This document shows positions 60,567-64,000 of a DNA stretch of 64,000 nt, one piece after another. The notes under the pieces are model-generated. The model was not told the origin of the DNA and made no database searches. It saw nothing but the letters and a program-made list of their open reading frames with translations. Position numbers and translations under genes: made by a program. The first letter of the stretch is position 1, and each line of letters begins with the position of its first letter. The stretch covers positions 672,001-736,000 of the forward strand of contig CBDCWC010000003.1 of NCBI GenBank assembly GCA_965223295.1, written 5' to 3'. The DNA comes from Nitrospirales bacterium (GTDB taxonomy: Bacteria; Nitrospirota; Nitrospiria; Nitrospirales; UBA8639).

Positions 60567-61955
60567 CTATAGGTCTTGTAAGCGTCCTTGTGAGCGCGCC
60601 AGATTAATCCGGGCAGCATTAAAATTAAAAAGGGATTCGATGACATTATCTCGCGCTTGAGCCACGGAGGTTTGGGCATTAGTGACTTCAATATTAGTGG
60701 CGACTCCCACGGCAAAGCGCTCGCGCGCCAGTTCCAATTCGGTGAGAGACAGCTTCAGCCCTTCTTCAGCAACGGCCACTTGTTTGCTGGCAGAGTGAAG
60801 CGTCAACAGCGCATCGCGAACTTCCAACGTGACCTGGTAACGGATATCTTGCGTAGTGATCTCCTCCTGCCTAACCAAGCTCTTACTTTCCGACACGCGG
60901 CCTTCGCGTTGACCACCATCAAAAATAGGCACAGTCATTAAGACTTGTACATTGTCGGTTGTCAACATATCGGGAATTTGATTCCCAATTAACCCAATAT
61001 CTCCAAATGCTTGAATAGACGGAATTCTTTCACTCCTTACTGAACTTAAGGTCAGCGCTGCCAGACGTTCTTTTTGTTTTTGCACTTGCAACTCTGTCCG
61101 ATTATCTTTGGCCACCTGTAAGGCCTCGACTAACGTTTGCTTGGGCACAGGAATCATGGCCATGGTATCGGTCAAAACTAAGGGCACATCAAACGAGAGT
61201 CCAATGGACCGAATAAGATTTAGTTTGGCACGATCACGTTCATTTTGAGCCACGAGTAGTCGTTGCCGTTCATTTTCTAACTGCACTTTGGCGCGAGTGA
61301 CATCTAAACTGGTGGCCATGCCTGCCGCTTTCCGCTCCGTAGCTAAGCGTAGTAGTTCTTGATTCAATGTCACATCAGCTTTGCGGGCTTCCACGGCAGC
61401 TTCCGCTCGCAAGGTTTCCAGATAGACCAGTCCCACGGTCGCCATGGTGTCTCGTTTCGTCACCTCGGCATTCAGTGATGCCACATCTACACCGGTTTTT
61501 GCTGCCCGCCAGCGTTGAATCAAACTCAGGCTCAATACATTTTGAGTCAATGCCGCGCGGGCTTCATAAAAATCTCTTGGGTCCGTCACCGTAGGACTTC
61601 CACCAAATGACCCCGTAAAGAACCGACGCCGCGCGCCACTGACTTGGCCGGAAATGTTTGGGAGCAAGGCGCCTAATTGTGTATCAGCTACATCTTGCGC
61701 TTGGATAATACGTTCTTGAAAAATCCGAACCGTCGGATTTTCATCCACGGCGGCATCCATGGCTTCTCGCAAACTAAGTTTCAACACTGGAACATCAGGT
61801 TGGGACGGACCTTGCTGTTCAGTGGCCGCCAGTCCTGGGCCACTTATGGCACAGAAAACCACTAGCAGTCCCAATTTGAAAACCCATGCTAGAGATCCAA
61901 ACTGAAAAGATTGTTGTTGGGTAGCTTGAGTCACATGACAAAGGTTCTTCATCAC
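60567..61955 (-). CDS. TolC-family outer-membrane efflux protein
   Basis: Signal peptide, LSL.EA...A...NP, PIFDGG, RF..G..T..EV. Confidence 0.9.
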   Translation of the reverse strand: MMKNLCHVTQATQQQSFQFGSLAWVFKLGLLVVFCAISGPGLAATEQQGPSQPDVPVLKLSLREAMDAAVDENPTVRIFQERIIQAQDVADTQLGALLPNISGQVSGARRRFFTGSFGGSPTVTDPRDFYEARAALTQNVLSLSLIQRWRAAKTGVDVASLNAEVTKRDTMATVGLVYLETLRAEAAVEARKADVTLNQELLRLATERKAAGMATSLDVTRAKVQLENERQRLLVAQNERDRAKLNLIRSIGLSFDVPLVLTDTMAMIPVPKQTLVEALQVAKDNRTELQVQKQKERLAALTLSSVRSERIPSIQAFGDIGLIGNQIPDMLTTDNVQVLMTVPIFDGGQREGRVSESKSLVRQEEITTQDIRYQVTLEVRDALLTLHSASKQVAVAEEGLKLSLTELELARERFAVGVATNIEVTNAQTSVAQARDNVIESLFNFNAARINLARSQGRLQDL

Positions 61956-64000
61956 TTACACTTCTCTCATCCCTGCGGATACAGTAGGTTTCGACTGCAT
62001 GAGATTCACGCCTGCCTTCTTCACATCCATGAAGAAACTAAACAACGCTGGCACCAAAATGAGAGTAAATATTGTCGAGGTCACCAAACCACCTAACACA
62101 ATACTACCAATGCCACGATAGAGCTCAGACCCAGCTCCTGATGCGATGACTAATGGGAAAAGACCAAAAGTGGTGGTTAGCATGCTCATCATGATAGGAC
62201 GAAAACGCGTCCGAACTGATTCGGCGATAGCTTCTATGGGATCATCGGTAGACCAGGTCTTCGACGATACCATGGCATCATGTCCTTCCCGACGTCTGGG
62301 GTCAAGAAAATTTAAGGCTTGATGGACAACCAAGATCGCATTATTGACAACGACTCCTAGGAGAATAATAAACCCCAACATCGTCAACACATCCATGGGC
62401 TGATGCGCCACAAACTGATTCACTAACGCCAAACCCAGTAAGCCTCCAGCCGCAGCCAGAGGCACACTGGTGATAATGACCAACGGATACAAAAAACTCT
62501 CAAATAAGGCCGCGATCAGCAGATACGTAATCAGCAGCGCCAACAACAGATTCCATTTTAGGGCATCGTACGTCTTCGTCAAATCATCAGCAGTTCCCGA
62601 CAGCCGAATATTGTAGAGTTCTCCTAAAGAGCCTCCTTCCTTTAATGGCATAATAATCTGATCTTGTAGCAACGCCATCGCCGTTTCGATCGGCATCTTC
62701 GATGGTGGAATAACCTGAATCACAATCGCGCGCTCACGTTCAATATGATTGATCTGCTCTGGACCGGGAACCAGTTCAACATTCGCAATGGCCCCAACGG
62801 TGGTCAATCGCCCTCCTGGGGTATGAATCGGAATTTTTTGGATATCTTGAGTCCGCGTGGCATATCGGTCTTCTCCTCGAACCGTCAAATCAATCTCATC
62901 CCCCTCATATTGAAAATCACTTGCCTTGGCTCCATCGACAAGTGCATTAATCGTAAAACCCAGCTCTTGATTCGTCAGTCGAAGATCCGCAGCCCGATCC
63001 CGTCGTAACTTCACATGCAATTCTGGCGTTCCCAAATCTAGACTGGGCTTAGGCCGAACTTGGGCATCAGGCATGACGCCCTTGACTTGCTGAAAAATTT
63101 TTCCACCTAACCCCACTAATGTATTCAAGTCGGGTCCGGTGATTTCCATATCGATGTTTCGACCTTCGCCAAGGCCTCGTTGAAACAGACTCCGCTGAGT
63201 AATAATACTGATGACTCCTGGCAAATCTGCAGTCGCCTTGCGCATCAGTGGAATCAGTTCTTTCACCCGCCCATCCTCGTTTGTCCGTGCGCCCATAAAC
63301 ACCATCCGTCCAAGTGCCACATAGAAGAAATTTCGAATACTCGGACCATCCAGTTGCGCCTCTTCCTCTGAGCCAGGCTCAGCATCCCAGTAGGGGCTTA
63401 ATACCGATTCGATCGTGTTCCCCATTTTCACAAAGGTGTCCATATTGTAGCCAGGCGGTGGCAACAAGATGCCCATGACTAGATTGCGATTTCCCGTTGG
63501 CAAATATTCGGCTTGCGGCACGAGCATCCACGCCGCGACTCCAGACAATCCTATGAGACCGGCAATCGTGACAAGACGAAGAAACCCGTTTCGACAAATC
63601 ATGGACACAAACGCACTGAGACGCCCGGCAAGCCCTGAATGTCGAAGAGCCCCTCCATTGTGCGAAACAACGGAAGCCTCCTCCCATTCGTCTTGGACAT
63701 CTTGGTTCGTGGGAACATCATGGCTTTTCTGACGTGTCGTCAAAATTCGTGCAGACAAACTCGGAATGACAGTGATCGAAACCAACAGGCTGAGGCCGAC
63801 ACCAGCACTAATCGCAATGGCGATATCCCGAAAGAGTTGTCCCGATTGCTGCTCAATAAAGACAATAGGGATGAAAACGGCGATAGTGGTTAAGGTACTG
63901 GCTAACACCGCCCCCCAGACTTCAGTCGTCCCATCATAGGCTGCTTGAACAAGAGACTTACCTGTTTCACGGTGGCGATAGATGTTTTCCAACACCACAA
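61956..64000 (-). CDS. RND (AcrB-family) efflux permease, 5' part outside window
   Basis: V.ENI.R, STLTT.AVF.P, G.VVNNAIL, R.RPI.M..LTT..GL.P. Confidence 0.93.
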   Translation of the reverse strand, partial: VVLENIYRHRETGKSLVQAAYDGTTEVWGAVLASTLTTIAVFIPIVFIEQQSGQLFRDIAIAISAGVGLSLLVSITVIPSLSARILTTRQKSHDVPTNQDVQDEWEEASVVSHNGGALRHSGLAGRLSAFVSMICRNGFLRLVTIAGLIGLSGVAAWMLVPQAEYLPTGNRNLVMGILLPPPGYNMDTFVKMGNTIESVLSPYWDAEPGSEEEAQLDGPSIRNFFYVALGRMVFMGARTNEDGRVKELIPLMRKATADLPGVISIITQRSLFQRGLGEGRNIDMEITGPDLNTLVGLGGKIFQQVKGVMPDAQVRPKPSLDLGTPELHVKLRRDRAADLRLTNQELGFTINALVDGAKASDFQYEGDEIDLTVRGEDRYATRTQDIQKIPIHTPGGRLTTVGAIANVELVPGPEQINHIERERAIVIQVIPPSKMPIETAMALLQDQIIMPLKEGGSLGELYNIRLSGTADDLTKTYDALKWNLLLALLITYLLIAALFESFLYPLVIITSVPLAAAGGLLGLALVNQFVAHQPMDVLTMLGFIILLGVVVNNAILVVHQALNFLDPRRREGHDAMVSSKTWSTDDPIEAIAESVRTRFRPIMMSMLTTTFGLFPLVIASGAGSELYRGIGSIVLGGLVTSTIFTLILVPALFSFFMDVKKAGVNLMQSKPTVSAGMREV

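Noticed and set aside
1-64000. CRISPR array, prophage or autonomous transposon
   Set aside because: No regularly spaced direct repeats and no cas, integrase, phage or transposase ORFs; the repeats are dispersed and palindromic

Overview
Core-chromosome segment, most likely from a Nitrospirales/Nitrospirota bacterium (inferred from gene order and the style of the interspersed repeats, not from a search). Housekeeping genes: purA, tRNA-Lys(UUU), tRNA-Ala(GGC), an ABC-F ATPase, asnS, tlyA, xseAB, ymdB-like, rny, zapA/zapB-like, slt, aas, dapL, an msbA-like exporter, nadB, pabB/pabC-like, an F0-only atp cluster, larE, rlmN, suhB, prfC and a TolC/RND pair. Also present are a small vapBC-type toxin-antitoxin islet and two signal-transduction clusters (19-26 kb; 31-38 kb). 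No CRISPR array, prophage or transposase is visible. Items not in the ORF track: a 31-aa bS22/AURKAIP1-type ribosomal protein; a 28-aa Lys/Ala/Pro histone-H1-like microprotein apparently co-transcribed with a coiled-coil/winged-helix protein behind an AT-rich control region; a candidate 6S RNA between zapA and rny; a candidate pseudoknot RNA upstream of a pmtA-like gene; and three interspersed repeat families (two MITE families with target-site duplications plus a REP-like hairpin). One MITE copy sits inside codon 11 of the pabB-like gene and appears to supply a replacement start codon. All family assignments come from motif recognition by eye.
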